A stretch of DNA of 64,000 nt, from contig MU004233.1 of assembly GCA_010405405.1 (NCBI GenBank), positions 1,439,122 through 1,503,121 on the forward strand. Direction: 5' to 3'. The stretch's first letter is position 1; every line of letters starts with the position of its first letter. Below are positions 37,779-49,661 of this stretch, in pieces. Under the pieces are notes generated by a model. That model was not told the origin of the DNA. It saw only the letters and a list, made by a program, of their open reading frames with translations, and did no database searches. The stretch is from Microthyrium microscopicum. Its lineage: Eukaryota. The position numbers and the translations under genes are program-made.

Positions 37779-40700
37779 TTATACAAGGGGTGAAGATAGT
37801 GCTGCCAAGGACGGTCTACCTGGCACCTCCATCTCCATCGCCATCCTCGCCAAATCAGTAGGTCTTCTTTGAAGAGCAAACATCTTTGGCTGGCGGTCCA
37901 TGCCCGACAACATCTCCAAGGACCCCTCATGATCCCCAACATGGCCTTGCTCTCCCACTGAATCCTGGCCTGCATTAGAGACCAAGGTATCAGTCGACGC
38001 ATGTGGCCGATAATGAGCTGGTAGAATATCCAGTGACTTCATAGACAACGATGCTCCAAGAAGTTCTAGATCCAGAGATTTGATTACGCTATTGCGTAAC
38101 TCGCTGAGTGATTCGAGCTTTCTTGTTTCTGGTGCATCCACTCCTAATAGTTCGCGACATCTGTTTTCAGCCCATGATATCATATCGCCTAGTATTCGCA
38201 TGCCTGTTTCAGAGTGGTTTCCAGACTTTTTGAGTTCAAGCATTATTCGAATCTTTGATTCCACAGCCTTAAATGCGATACCGAAGCGATCTTTGTGCTT
38301 CTCCTTGAAGAGCTCAAACAACGATTTGTAGAGCTCCTGGTAGTGTGTAGCTGCTGCAAAATCACCGAGCCTGAGTGAAGTCAAGCTTCGGTGTAGAAAG
38401 AATGCATATATTGACCAGTTCCCTTGAACGATAATTGGCTCGCCCATTGGCCTATCTACTGGGTCTTCGTCTTCGTCTTCAGCTTCATCCCAGGTTGCCA
38501 GATGATGACGTTGAGGTGTGTCTTTCTTCTTCAACCTGTTGCATACCTCCTGGGCCAAGGAAGCATACGTGTGCTTGCTGTCGAGAGGAGGCTCAGTGAT
38601 CTCCTCTAACCCAGTTCCAAAACAGTTCAGCAGATCAAGCATGATGCTAGTGGATGTCTCTACCATTTCAATATCGTCTATTGAATGACGGAAAACCAGT
38701 CGATTATTCAACTCCAGCGCGTTGGGATTTTCCAGTTGCGAGATAACTCGTTCAGCTTCCCTAGGATCTCGCAGTCCAACGTTTATCAAGTTCGCGAGAT
38801 CCCTAACCCAGGCGCGCTTATTGGCGACGGTCATCACATCACGATCTTTGACCATGTCGACAATCTTTCGAGTCAATTCGACTGCTTCAGTGAAGCGCTT
38901 TTGGGCTACCAGAATTTGGCGGAGACAAGTGAGCATTTCAATGTCAAAGTTGCGCACTGTGATGTCTTTCGTTGCATTGATGCACTCTTTAATCGACTTC
39001 TCTGCCAGGTCAAGATCGCCTTTCTTCAGAAGTAGTTCGCAATACCAGTATTTCCATTCCCAATAAGTCCAGTGTTCCGGATTCTTCCTGCTCTCGCAAA
39101 TACGTAGACCTTGGAGATGTGTCTCGATAGCTTCTTCAATTTTCGATTGCTTCATCAACGAATTGCGCAGTTGGCCCAGCATATACAAATCGCTGTCTTC
39201 TCTGGGCGGATAGTCTCTGGTGTTTTTGATACACTCACGAATCAGGTCCTCAGCTTCCACATACTTGCCCTGGTCTTGAAGCAGCTCAGCAAGCTCTTGT
39301 TGTGTGGCAAAGTATGTAAAGTTCTCTTTTCCAAGCTCCTTTTCGACCAGATAGAGAAGCTCAGTGACCATGTTGCCTTTTTGACCAACATGATCTGTCA
39401 TTGAATTTGCGAGAATCCACATCCGCCAGTTCCACTTCGTACTGCCTTGCTTCACATCCTTACTCTTAGTACCAGCTTTGCAAACACGCTCGAGAATTTT
39501 CGCAGACTCCTCGAGTGTCTCTGGCTCATCCAGCTCCCAAAGACTGATCGCAAGTTCAAGAGCATATTGCTCCCATAAGGAATTCGCCTCCTCCCACATA
39601 CTCCACTCTGTATCATCATCGTCATCCCTCTCTTCAAGATCAGTTGGTTTTCGTCCGGCTCTCTCCTCTTCAGCCATCATAGCCTCAAGCTTATTGTAAC
39701 ATTCGCGTGTTACTCTCGCAACTTCTTCATATTTGTACGTGTCCACTCCCATAGATATACCCACCAACAGCACCTCCAGATACTCTAGGCTTTCTGAACC
39801 ATACTTTTCCGCAAAGTGCTTCTCCAAACTCTGACCACGCTCAAAAGCGCCGAGATGATTCCCGACAAACGCCATATCGTTCAATATCCGCTCTGCCACC
39901 CACCCATGTATCCTTGACTTTAGCACGCCCGGCCTTGCATCACAGACTCGGAGCAGCCATTCATATATCACCAGCGCTCGATCAAAGAGATTCGCATCAG
40001 TCAAAAACAATCCGAGACATAGTTCCGCGCACGCCACGTCCTTGTCAATATTGGGCATGAGAGTTGGCGCCGGTGGTAGGGCGTCTGTATCATCGCCCAT
40101 GTAGCCAATCAGACGGCGCTCATATTGTGATAGGTGCTGGAGGAAGGCGTTTTTGCGAGCAACGGGGATACGGAAAGTGAGTCCAAGAAGCCAGGTAGTA
40201 ACGTGGTATTCTGCGCAGTTCTGAGCCATGATCGCGCTGAATGTGCGGAAGGCTGTTTGGCGAGCGGTGGGATCTGTGGGGCGGAGACGGAGCCAGTCGC
40301 TCACGAGAGGATGGAGGGCAAGTTGGAGATTGCCTTGTGTGGAGGTTTTGCTGCTGTTCGCAGACTTGAGCTTTGGCTTGGTAGCTGTGGTGTTGGGAGT
40401 TGAGGAATCGTCCGAGGTCGTTGTGCGTGAGAAGCCGGTGATCAGGGAGAGTTTGCGGAGACGCATGGCCCAGTCGCGAAATTTCTTGCTGCTCCAGGTA
40501 CCGGAGGAGTCTTGGAAGAGCGTGAACCATGGAGGGTGGAGGGTGGGATCTGGGTTTCGGAGGAGGTATATGCGGAAGAGATCTTCTGGTATGCTTTCAG
40601 GGTGGAAGAAACCTAGCACACTGAGGAATTCGACAATCTTCTTGCCATCATCTGTTTCTAGCGGTAGTCGTGACAATGACAACTCCCATGTGGAAAATAC

Positions 40701-41951
40701 GGATTTGGCGTGCTCTCGTTGACTCTCTTTGGCTAGATCTAGATATTCCCACACAGCTGGTGTACTTTCCAATATATCAGTGGTTTCTTGTTCGAAGAAC
40801 TCGAGAAACTCATCAAGACCGATTTCTCCGTCGCTGTCGTGTATGTAAGCACCAGCTTGATCGATAGCTAGAGGTAAATATCCGAGCCTTCTGATGATGT
40901 CTTTGCCATTTGATAGATTATCTGGGGTTTCTTCCACTCCAGTTACATCGAACAGAAGATCTAAACCTTCGATTTCCAGCATACCATCAACCTTGATCTG
41001 TTTACCCAGTCGCCATGTATCTGGATCCCGGGTAGTGAACAATATTCGTCCTTGATCTGCAGCAGGGAAATACTCATGAACATTGCGGAATTGCTCAGGC
41101 TCGTCGTAATTGTCAAACACGAGTAGAAAAGACTCGCTCCAACTCTCCAAGACGCGCTTAACAAATTGTGCTCTTGCCTCATTGTCGATGAGGATCTGGC
41201 CTGGCTCTTTGAAAAGCTCCGCCAAATTGGCGAGGCTTTTGACCAACGAGCTTTCGGACGTGGCGTTTAACCACATCACTGCCTTGTATCTCTCCCGTCT
41301 CCAAGCACGATGGCAGTATTCAAGCGCGGTTTGTGTCTTTCCCTGACCGCCCATGCCCTGAAGAACAATAACTGGCGCCGTATGACCGGTGGCAGGCTCG
41401 TCCATAGAGGCGGAGAGCTCATTCAGCAAAGCCTCGCGCCCGACAAAGTGCGATACTTTCTTGTAGGGTATTCGGAATAGTTTACGCCCTTCAAGATGCC
41501 GGCCAGTACCTCCACTAGACGTCAAAGCTGCCACACTCATCCGCGCAGTCAAGTAGCCAGTAAGATAGATGACATCGCTCTGCAATTCTTCGCTAAGCTT
41601 CTCGACTTTTCGATCCTTGCCCAAGCTACGCACCGCAGCGACGAGTTTGGTGGTCGTGCTATCATCATCCTTGGGGAGATATTTGTCGATGATTTCATCT
41701 AAACTTTCCATGCGTCGTTTGAGACCAATGAGAAAATTCGAAAGCTCGGTGGCCGCATCGCTGTCGTTCTGCAGCCGGACCAGTGACTTGATGACCAGAT
41801 CCAGTCGATCGCCGGCATCTCGAAGCGTTGATGGAAGTTCGACTTGAGCGCTGGTGAAGAGACGAATGCGATGTCCGATTTTAAAGCCTATTTCAATCAG
41901 CTGTGCAAAGGAGCTTGCTATGCCCACAGCCGTTATGGGATCCAACACCAT
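37779..41951 (-). CDS. Fungal NLR-like STAND protein: N-terminal SesA/HeLo-like domain, NB-ARC, TPR-like repeats (intronless, 1390 aa)
   Basis: MVLDPITAVGIASSFAQLIEIG N-terminus; HFVGRE, Walker A GMGGQGKT, Walker B LLVFDNYD, ILFTTRD, GYLPLAIDQAGAYI, LHPLV (MHD-like); C-terminal QGKYVEAEDL/KGDLDLAEK/QKRFTEAVEL helical repeats. Confidence 0.9.
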   Translation of the reverse strand: MVLDPITAVGIASSFAQLIEIGFKIGHRIRLFTSAQVELPSTLRDAGDRLDLVIKSLVRLQNDSDAATELSNFLIGLKRRMESLDEIIDKYLPKDDDSTTTKLVAAVRSLGKDRKVEKLSEELQSDVIYLTGYLTARMSVAALTSSGGTGRHLEGRKLFRIPYKKVSHFVGREALLNELSASMDEPATGHTAPVIVLQGMGGQGKTQTALEYCHRAWRRERYKAVMWLNATSESSLVKSLANLAELFKEPGQILIDNEARAQFVKRVLESWSESFLLVFDNYDEPEQFRNVHEYFPAADQGRILFTTRDPDTWRLGKQIKVDGMLEIEGLDLLFDVTGVEETPDNLSNGKDIIRRLGYLPLAIDQAGAYIHDSDGEIGLDEFLEFFEQETTDILESTPAVWEYLDLAKESQREHAKSVFSTWELSLSRLPLETDDGKKIVEFLSVLGFFHPESIPEDLFRIYLLRNPDPTLHPPWFTLFQDSSGTWSSKKFRDWAMRLRKLSLITGFSRTTTSDDSSTPNTTATKPKLKSANSSKTSTQGNLQLALHPLVSDWLRLRPTDPTARQTAFRTFSAIMAQNCAEYHVTTWLLGLTFRIPVARKNAFLQHLSQYERRLIGYMGDDTDALPPAPTLMPNIDKDVACAELCLGLFLTDANLFDRALVIYEWLLRVCDARPGVLKSRIHGWVAERILNDMAFVGNHLGAFERGQSLEKHFAEKYGSESLEYLEVLLVGISMGVDTYKYEEVARVTRECYNKLEAMMAEEERAGRKPTDLEERDDDDDTEWSMWEEANSLWEQYALELAISLWELDEPETLEESAKILERVCKAGTKSKDVKQGSTKWNWRMWILANSMTDHVGQKGNMVTELLYLVEKELGKENFTYFATQQELAELLQDQGKYVEAEDLIRECIKNTRDYPPREDSDLYMLGQLRNSLMKQSKIEEAIETHLQGLRICESRKNPEHWTYWEWKYWYCELLLKKGDLDLAEKSIKECINATKDITVRNFDIEMLTCLRQILVAQKRFTEAVELTRKIVDMVKDRDVMTVANKRAWVRDLANLINVGLRDPREAERVISQLENPNALELNNRLVFRHSIDDIEMVETSTSIMLDLLNCFGTGLEEITEPPLDSKHTYASLAQEVCNRLKKKDTPQRHHLATWDEAEDEDEDPVDRPMGEPIIVQGNWSIYAFFLHRSLTSLRLGDFAAATHYQELYKSLFELFKEKHKDRFGIAFKAVESKIRIMLELKKSGNHSETGMRILGDMISWAENRCRELLGVDAPETRKLESLSELRNSVIKSLDLELLGASLSMKSLDILPAHYRPHASTDTLVSNAGQDSVGEQGHVGDHEGSLEMLSGMDRQPKMFALQRRPTDLARMAMEMEVPGRPSLAALSSPLV

Positions 41952-42961
41952 TTTGGAGGCCGTTCACTGAATGATGCAGTCAGTACTCTGCTGCTCCTTG
42001 CAGGAAGCGTAGAGAGCCAGTCGATAAGCGATCGTATGCGCTCTGGTTTGTAATGAAGGTTCCTTGGGCCTTGTTAATATATGGCAGGTTATCAACGTAT
42101 CCATGCTCTTTTTAACATTTCGTTCCTGAACCCGTACTTTTCTTGCGCTTTGCAGGTTGAAGGTGATGTTGGGCGTTTGCTGTCGTTGACGTTCCCCAAA
42201 TCTGCTCCCTGAAAGTGGCGTTCTTTAGCACCAATCTATATTTATCCCATTCGTTCAACCAATAGTATTCCTTGCACATTTGATATGCATGCAAGCATTT
42301 GATGTGTAGAGATCGGAAGAAGATCAATATGTTCTTCATGATCATAAAATTTGATGTCTGATCTGTTTGAGAACTACTTTGATGGTAAATAAAGGTTGTC
42401 AAAAGTTTCTAGATGTTAGACCACAAAACTATAGGACGTAAAGTCTATCCGTGTTTCATATATTGTCTCGTTAGGCTTCCATCTCATGGAATATGTTTAG
42501 CTATATATGACTAGAAGTTATTCTCTTAGTAAACTATGGACAAGATTGAGCCATTCAAGTCTTCCTGAGGACCCCAGCCAGGGGATTAACGCGATAGTGA
42601 AGATACATCAAACTTCTAGATCCAATCAAAAAAAGCATGTAAAAACAGAAATCCATAATGTCACCAAAACACATCCATAAGACATGAAAGCTCATCACAA
42701 TTGAGGAAATACTTTATCCAATCCAGTACTTCAAAAAAAGAGAAACCAAGTTCTCCAAAGGGCAAAAAACTACTTTCCGCTACCCCTTCCAAAGGCAGCG
42801 TGCCAACAGTGAAATCATAGACACATACAACAAACCAGAAGCTCAGCTCCGGATGCACCGTCCGATATTCTTAAATGTGTTGGACCATAGGACAACTCAC
42901 CCCCCACATGTTGTGGGAGGTTGGTTAGAATTAAACGTGCGAGTAAAACGCGACCCATTTA

Positions 42962-43043
42962 TCTGCTGCCAGGGATCGAACCTGGGACCTGCTCACCTCG
43001 CTCAGTGGGTGGCGACTGGGGAAGACCACTGGACTAGGGAGGG
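42962..43043 (-). ncRNA. tRNA-like Pol III-type element (tRNA pseudogene, SINE head or other structured RNA)
   Basis: Minus strand has A-box-like TAGTCCAGTGGT and a perfect T-arm CCAGG-TTCGATC-CCTGG preceded by variable-loop-like AGGTC; canonical acceptor and anticodon stems do not form. Confidence 0.5.
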
Positions 43044-43368
43044 TTACTCATTCAGCAAATTGCACGGCTGAAATTTGCGGTGGGGCGTAGATATGGTGAA
43101 GGCTGGCATGACGTATGCTGTGGTGCTATTGCTCTGTGTCGGGTTTGGAGCGGGAGCGCGGTAGATGGGGAGCACCGCACCATAGAGGAGAGATCTTGAA
43201 GACATAAAGATGAAATAAGTAACAGAGGAGGGCTTGATGAGAAGGTGGATCAGAAGAAAGATGGTGATATGGTGATAGGGTCCCAAAGACACAGAATAGT
43301 AAGAAGTAATGAAAACCAAAAATAAAAATAAAACAATGGGGTATTTGAAGGTCGTAAAACATAAACAG

Positions 43369-44535
<1,167 letters not shown>

Positions 44536-44717
44536 GTTTGTTGGTGATAGTCCCAAGGTAGGATGTGTAAACGATCGAACTTTTTTTGGGAGAGGGGAAG
44601 TTAAAGATGAGTGGGCGGTGATAACCGCAACGTGGCTAGCTAAATCCGGCGGTAGTGACAAGGATCATCAACCACGTTTAGCGCGCTTTTGAGCCTCCTG
44701 AATATCTCGAAACTCAA

Positions 44718-46078
44718 ATGGTGAAAGTCTTCTCAACACCCAAACCATCTCATATCATTATGGCGCCGAAGAGCAAAGCCGGTACCAAACGGTCTGCTCG
44801 TGTTGATATTTCGCCGCCAGCCGTGAAAAGAAAGCGCGCCAACGAAGAACCAACGTACCGCGAAGAGTCTGGTTTCGAGGAGAAGGAGAAGAAGGCCAAA
44901 ACACCTGCCAAGCGTCAAAGCAAGAAGGTCAAAGTAGAAGATTTGATGCCTTTAGCTGTAAGAACTATAGGATCGAAGATCTTGGTGGGAGCTCATATTA
45001 GTGGTGCTGGAGGTAAGACATTCGAGATTTCTATTAAAGCTTGAATCTAACATAAGCAGGCGTGCATAATGCAATAGTCAACAGCGTACATATCGGAGGC
45101 AATGCGTTCTCACTGTTCATGAAGTCACAACGAAAATGGGCATTCGCACCACTTTCCAACGAGGTTGAAGTCAGCTTTGCATCAGCTTGCAAGGAGCATC
45201 AATATGGCGCTCCTCATCATGAAATCCCTCCAATTGTCCCTCATGGCTCTTATCTTGTTAATCTGGCGCATACTGAAGCAAGCCGCGCAAAACAAGCCTA
45301 CGACCACTTTCTGGACGATCTCTCTCGATGTCATAAGTTGGGTATTCGACTATACAACTTCCATCCTGGAAACGCTGTTGGAGCCGAGTCTCGATCAGAA
45401 GCAATCAGCCATATTGCAAAACAACTCAACAAAGCCCATAATGATGAGTCATCGGGAAAAGTCATCACGCTCTTGGAGACTATGGCCGCATTCGGTGGGA
45501 ACACGATTGGTACAACCTTTGAAGAGCTAGCAGAGATCATTGAGCAAATTGATGACAAGAATCGTGTTGGCGTCTGTCTTGATACCTGCCACATTTTTGC
45601 CGCTGGCTATGATCTTCGGACTCCTGAATCATACAAGGACACCATGGATAGATTTGAGTCAACGATCGGATTGAGATACCTCAAGGCCTTCCACATCAAT
45701 GATTCCAAGGCTCCATTGAACAGTGGGCGAGACTTACACGCCAATATCGGCACTGGATTTTTGGGACTGAAATCCTTCTGGAATGTTGTGAATGACACAA
45801 GGCTGTGGGGGCTACCATTGATCTTAGAAACACCCATTGATCGCAAGAACAAAGACGGTAAAAACGAAGAAGATAAGAGTGTCTGGGCTGGAGAAATCAA
45901 ACTCCTGGAGAGCCTGGTAGGGATGGATCCGGAGGGTGCAGAATTTGAAAAATTGTCGACAGAACTGCAATCTCAAGGCAAGGCTGAGCGTGAGCGCGTC
46001 CAGGCGCAAGTGGATAAACGCAAGCCAAAGGGCAAGAAGAAGAAAAAGAATGCATCGACCGATGAGGAATCGGAATAA
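44718..46078 (+). CDS. APN1: AP endonuclease Apn1 (endonuclease IV family), 2 exons; start may be 44760
   Basis: GAHISGAGG, HGSYLVN, YNFHPG, LLETMA, GVCLDTCHIFAAGYD, HINDSK, RDLHANIG, LILETP; basic NLS-like C-terminal tail. Confidence 0.95.
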
Positions 46079-46719
46079 AGACCAAGTAGGTGGATGAAAG
46101 ACCGTGTGTCTGTTGGGTCAGCAGCGACGTTGTATTACTTACTACTTCTGAGCAAGGAACATATGTACCATATTAGATATGAAGCGAAGGGCCATCCATA
46201 CACTAATTGTTCTCGTCTGGGCGATGAATGCTAAGAAGCCCAAAATGTGCTTTCAAACACTCGGATAGACCGGTCACCAAAGACCGATGCCTTCGCCTGA
46301 TAGTGCTAGTAGTAACGATGCTGCATAAACTCTAATCACAAAACCTGGAAAAGCTGTCAGGTACGCATTGTTTAGGCCAATAACAACGGCAATACTGTAA
46401 TCGCTTGTGGTCTTTGGGAGAATAAGTCTGGGTTGGATGCTGCAAGTGCGGTGATAGTCGGAAAGTCCGTGACATGCCTGCTGTTAATTCGAGCTAGCGC
46501 CATGTGTCTTGTAACTTCGACCCATTATTCAACACATCCGTGATCTCGTACCGAATTTCCGAAAGATCTTTACCATCATCATATTTAGCCCACCATTCAT
46601 CGCCTATCCTTTCTACGCGATCTGATCGACCAACCAAGCGCTCTACGCCTGCTTTCCGCCCCTATCTGACGCGATCCCCCCCGACACGCCATCGGTCCTC
46701 CTCCAGCGCTTGATCCACC

Positions 46720-48471
46720 ATGGATCCAAACTTCGGCATGTATAACAACGGTCAGCAATGGAATGCGCAGGCGCAAAACATGCATCAGCAACAGCAACAA
46801 CAGCACCCACAGCAGCACCAACAGCAGCCGCAACAACATGGCCAAATGCCCCAGCAGTTTGCGCCTCAGTTCCAACAACAGGCCTCATTCGGCGGTGGTC
46901 CCGCGCACCATCCCAGTGCGGCTTTTCAGATGCAACAGGCACAACATCTTGCGATGCAGCAACAGCAACAGCACGCAGTCCAGCAACAACAGCAACAACA
47001 GCATGCCGCCCAGCAGCAACAGATGCAGCAACAGAGATGGAATGGCATGCACCCTGGGCAGCAGTTCCATCCCCAGATGAATGCTCAAGGCCATCCAGGC
47101 GGTATGATGCAAAGTCCTGGAGGTATGATGCAGCACCCTCAGCAAATGATGGGCCAACATCCAAATCCCCAACAGATGCAGCAATTGCAACAAGCGCAAG
47201 CCCAGGCGCAGGCTCATGCTCAGGCGCAAGCTCAAGCGCAAGCCCAGGCTCAGGCGCAGGCACAAGCCCAAGCTCAAAAAAGACCTTCGCTGGGACCTGG
47301 TATATATAAATCACTTCCTCCATCTGGATAGACCGCTAACATGTATTTGTACTGCAGGAACTCCTCAACAGGCTCACGCGATGTCGCATCCCCCAAGCGA
47401 CCAAAACCAACAACAGTACTACTCTAATGCGCCAGCATCGGAAAATACGCAATCGTCTTCAATGTCAAATTCTCGACAACAAACACCCACCAGGAATGCC
47501 TCTCCGTATGGAAGTGGAACTCCACATAACCAGCCAGCTGCGCCTACAAGCCAGCCCCAGCCTTCTACAAATCCTCTTTCAAACTCGAGACAAGCATCAC
47601 AATCGAATACTCCGCAACAACAAACCCCGACTTCTGCAAAAGCGCCTCCTTTGATGACCAAAAATCCTGCCACACCGGCTCAGTTAGTAGAACGTGTCGC
47701 GTTTATATTACCACTCAACACGATGTTGCTGAAAAAAGCTCAGGCTTTACAAGCGGAGGGAAAAGGCTGCTCGATGCATCAGATGAATCCAACGGAGCTG
47801 GCCAACCCGCCAGAGAAGGTCAAAGACTACGTTACGTATGTATTGGCAGATATTGCACTTAGCATACGCTAATCTACTCCAGGCTTATGCTCTGTTTGCA
47901 GTCTAACCTTCAATATATGTCTACATTTACCAACCCAGCGGCATCCCCCATACCCGGTCCGTCCCTCATGGTATGCACAGTGCAGGATTCAGAGCTATCC
48001 GAAAAGTATACCAAACTGCAGAGTCTGTTTCCGGGTTGGAAAGGTTTACCACCAGGTAAGTGCTCATTGGACAAATCCCTCACCATTTAGATCTGTCGCC
48101 CCTATGCAAATACACGCCGCTGACGTTTGATAGGACACAAATCATCCATGATGAGCCCCAAACAAGGCCAAAATCAACAACGGCCGGGGAGCCAAAGCTC
48201 TGCCCACCCACAAACCCAAGTGACGCCCCAACAAGAACAAGCGCAACTAGTCCAGCAGCAACAGCAACACGTCAATATGGCTCAACAACATCAACAGCAA
48301 TCTCCACATCCCAACGGAGCACAATTGCAGCCAAACAATCAAGCGCTTATGGCGCAACGTCAGTATCAAATGCAACAGCTACAGCAGCAGCACCAACAAA
48401 TGCAACAACAGCAAAGTATGCAAAATCCGCAGTTTTTCCAGCAACAACCGATTCAAGGCCCGCCTATGTAG
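46720..48471 (+). CDS. Gln-rich nuclear protein with a possible SS18/SSXT (Snf11-like) helical domain, multi-exon
   Basis: Poly-Q and (QA)n tracts; spliced segment ERVAFILPLNTMLLKKAQALQAEGKG...DYVTLMLCLQSNLQYMSTF resembles the SSXT pattern (L..N..L....Q..GK...Y...L..NL.Y). Confidence 0.7.
47191..47277 (+). repeat. Coding (Gln-Ala)n hexanucleotide repeat
   Basis: CAR-GCN units encoding QAQAQAQAHAQAQAQAQAQAQAQAQAQAQ. Confidence 0.9.
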
Positions 48472-49661
48472 AACATATCCAATGAGTCGCCGAGTTTCGA
48501 TCAATCGATGGATTCTACATACTCGTCACATTCTTCTTCTTCTGATGACTGGCGTGATAGGCCAACGAAATATCCGCCGCCATATGACCCGCCTGTATGG
48601 AATATGCCTGACTAGTCGTCAGGTGCTCGGCGGCGATATTCAGAAGAAAGAGCAGTGTCCCCGCTCACTGTTATTTTCGGACCAGTCTAATTCCCAGACC
48701 GGCCCAGTCATTGTCCCACTTGAACCGAAAGGACTCTTTGGCTGTGCAGATGAGACCCTGCACAAGCTTTGGGTCGCTGTATGGAGAGAACCATCTCTCC
48801 GACACTGTGCCAAGTCCGAATACACGAGATGGGCTCACACCACTTGTACCAAAATGGAGAGTTGTAATAATGAGAGCGTTCTGTCCAATTATGTACACAG
48901 CATGGGACATTACTTCGACGCGCCTGCAGTGAACATGAACCAAGTTACAACCTTTGATTCATGCGGGCTCTTCATATTGAGGCGGTGGAGAGGTGAACGA
49001 GCCATGTATATTATAAGTCTGTACGAACATCCATGAATATCATTCCAGAGCCATTCATTGATAATCCTCATGTTAGGATATGCGATGCCAGACATCAACT
49101 GCCAAGTTCTCTCCGCGTTGATTGCAAGCTTGATCTCGTCAATATTTCGTCAATTGTCTCATGGTCATATAGTTCGTCTTCATACCTAGTCGTTGTCTCC
49201 ATGGCTTTGCCGGCTGTGTCAATCCGTCGTTCGACAAACCGCGATGAGCTACATACACGAAAGTGCCTTCGTCTTTGTCTTATTCTCCGCCAGTACTGGC
49301 TACATCTGATGGTTATGTCTAACACCGCATGGGGTCACGTACTCTGCTGTAATCGATATATGCTACTCAACATCGAGTTCGCACAATTCTGGCACAATTC
49401 TGCCCGGACCGGTTCACAACCGGTTTTAAACCAGTCCTTCTCCATCGCCTTCAAAGGTTACTTGTCACCTGACTGTAAGGCGCACTAATCGTGCAAAGTT
49501 TTATCCACAACCCTCGATGCCTGTGGTGTTTACTTCGCTCTCCAACGCGTTTCCTTTGCCAACATCCATCGCGTCCTTTTCAACTCCGGTATTTGATCAA
49601 TTTTGGTCATTTCTGCATCTCGAGTCTACTTCAGCTTATTTTAGCAACCTCAGGTCTCAAA

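Noticed and set aside
42962..43043. Functional canonical tRNA or tRNA-Sec
   Set aside because: The canonical acceptor stem does not pair, and no anticodon arm or UCA anticodon loop can be drawn
46597..47323. Long alternative-frame and antisense ORFs over the Q-rich gene
   Set aside because: Shadows of CAG/CAA-rich low-complexity coding sequence
48482..49488. ORFs on both strands between the Q-rich gene and the tandem array
   Set aside because: No family motifs and no similarity to the array members; possibly a remnant but unsupported
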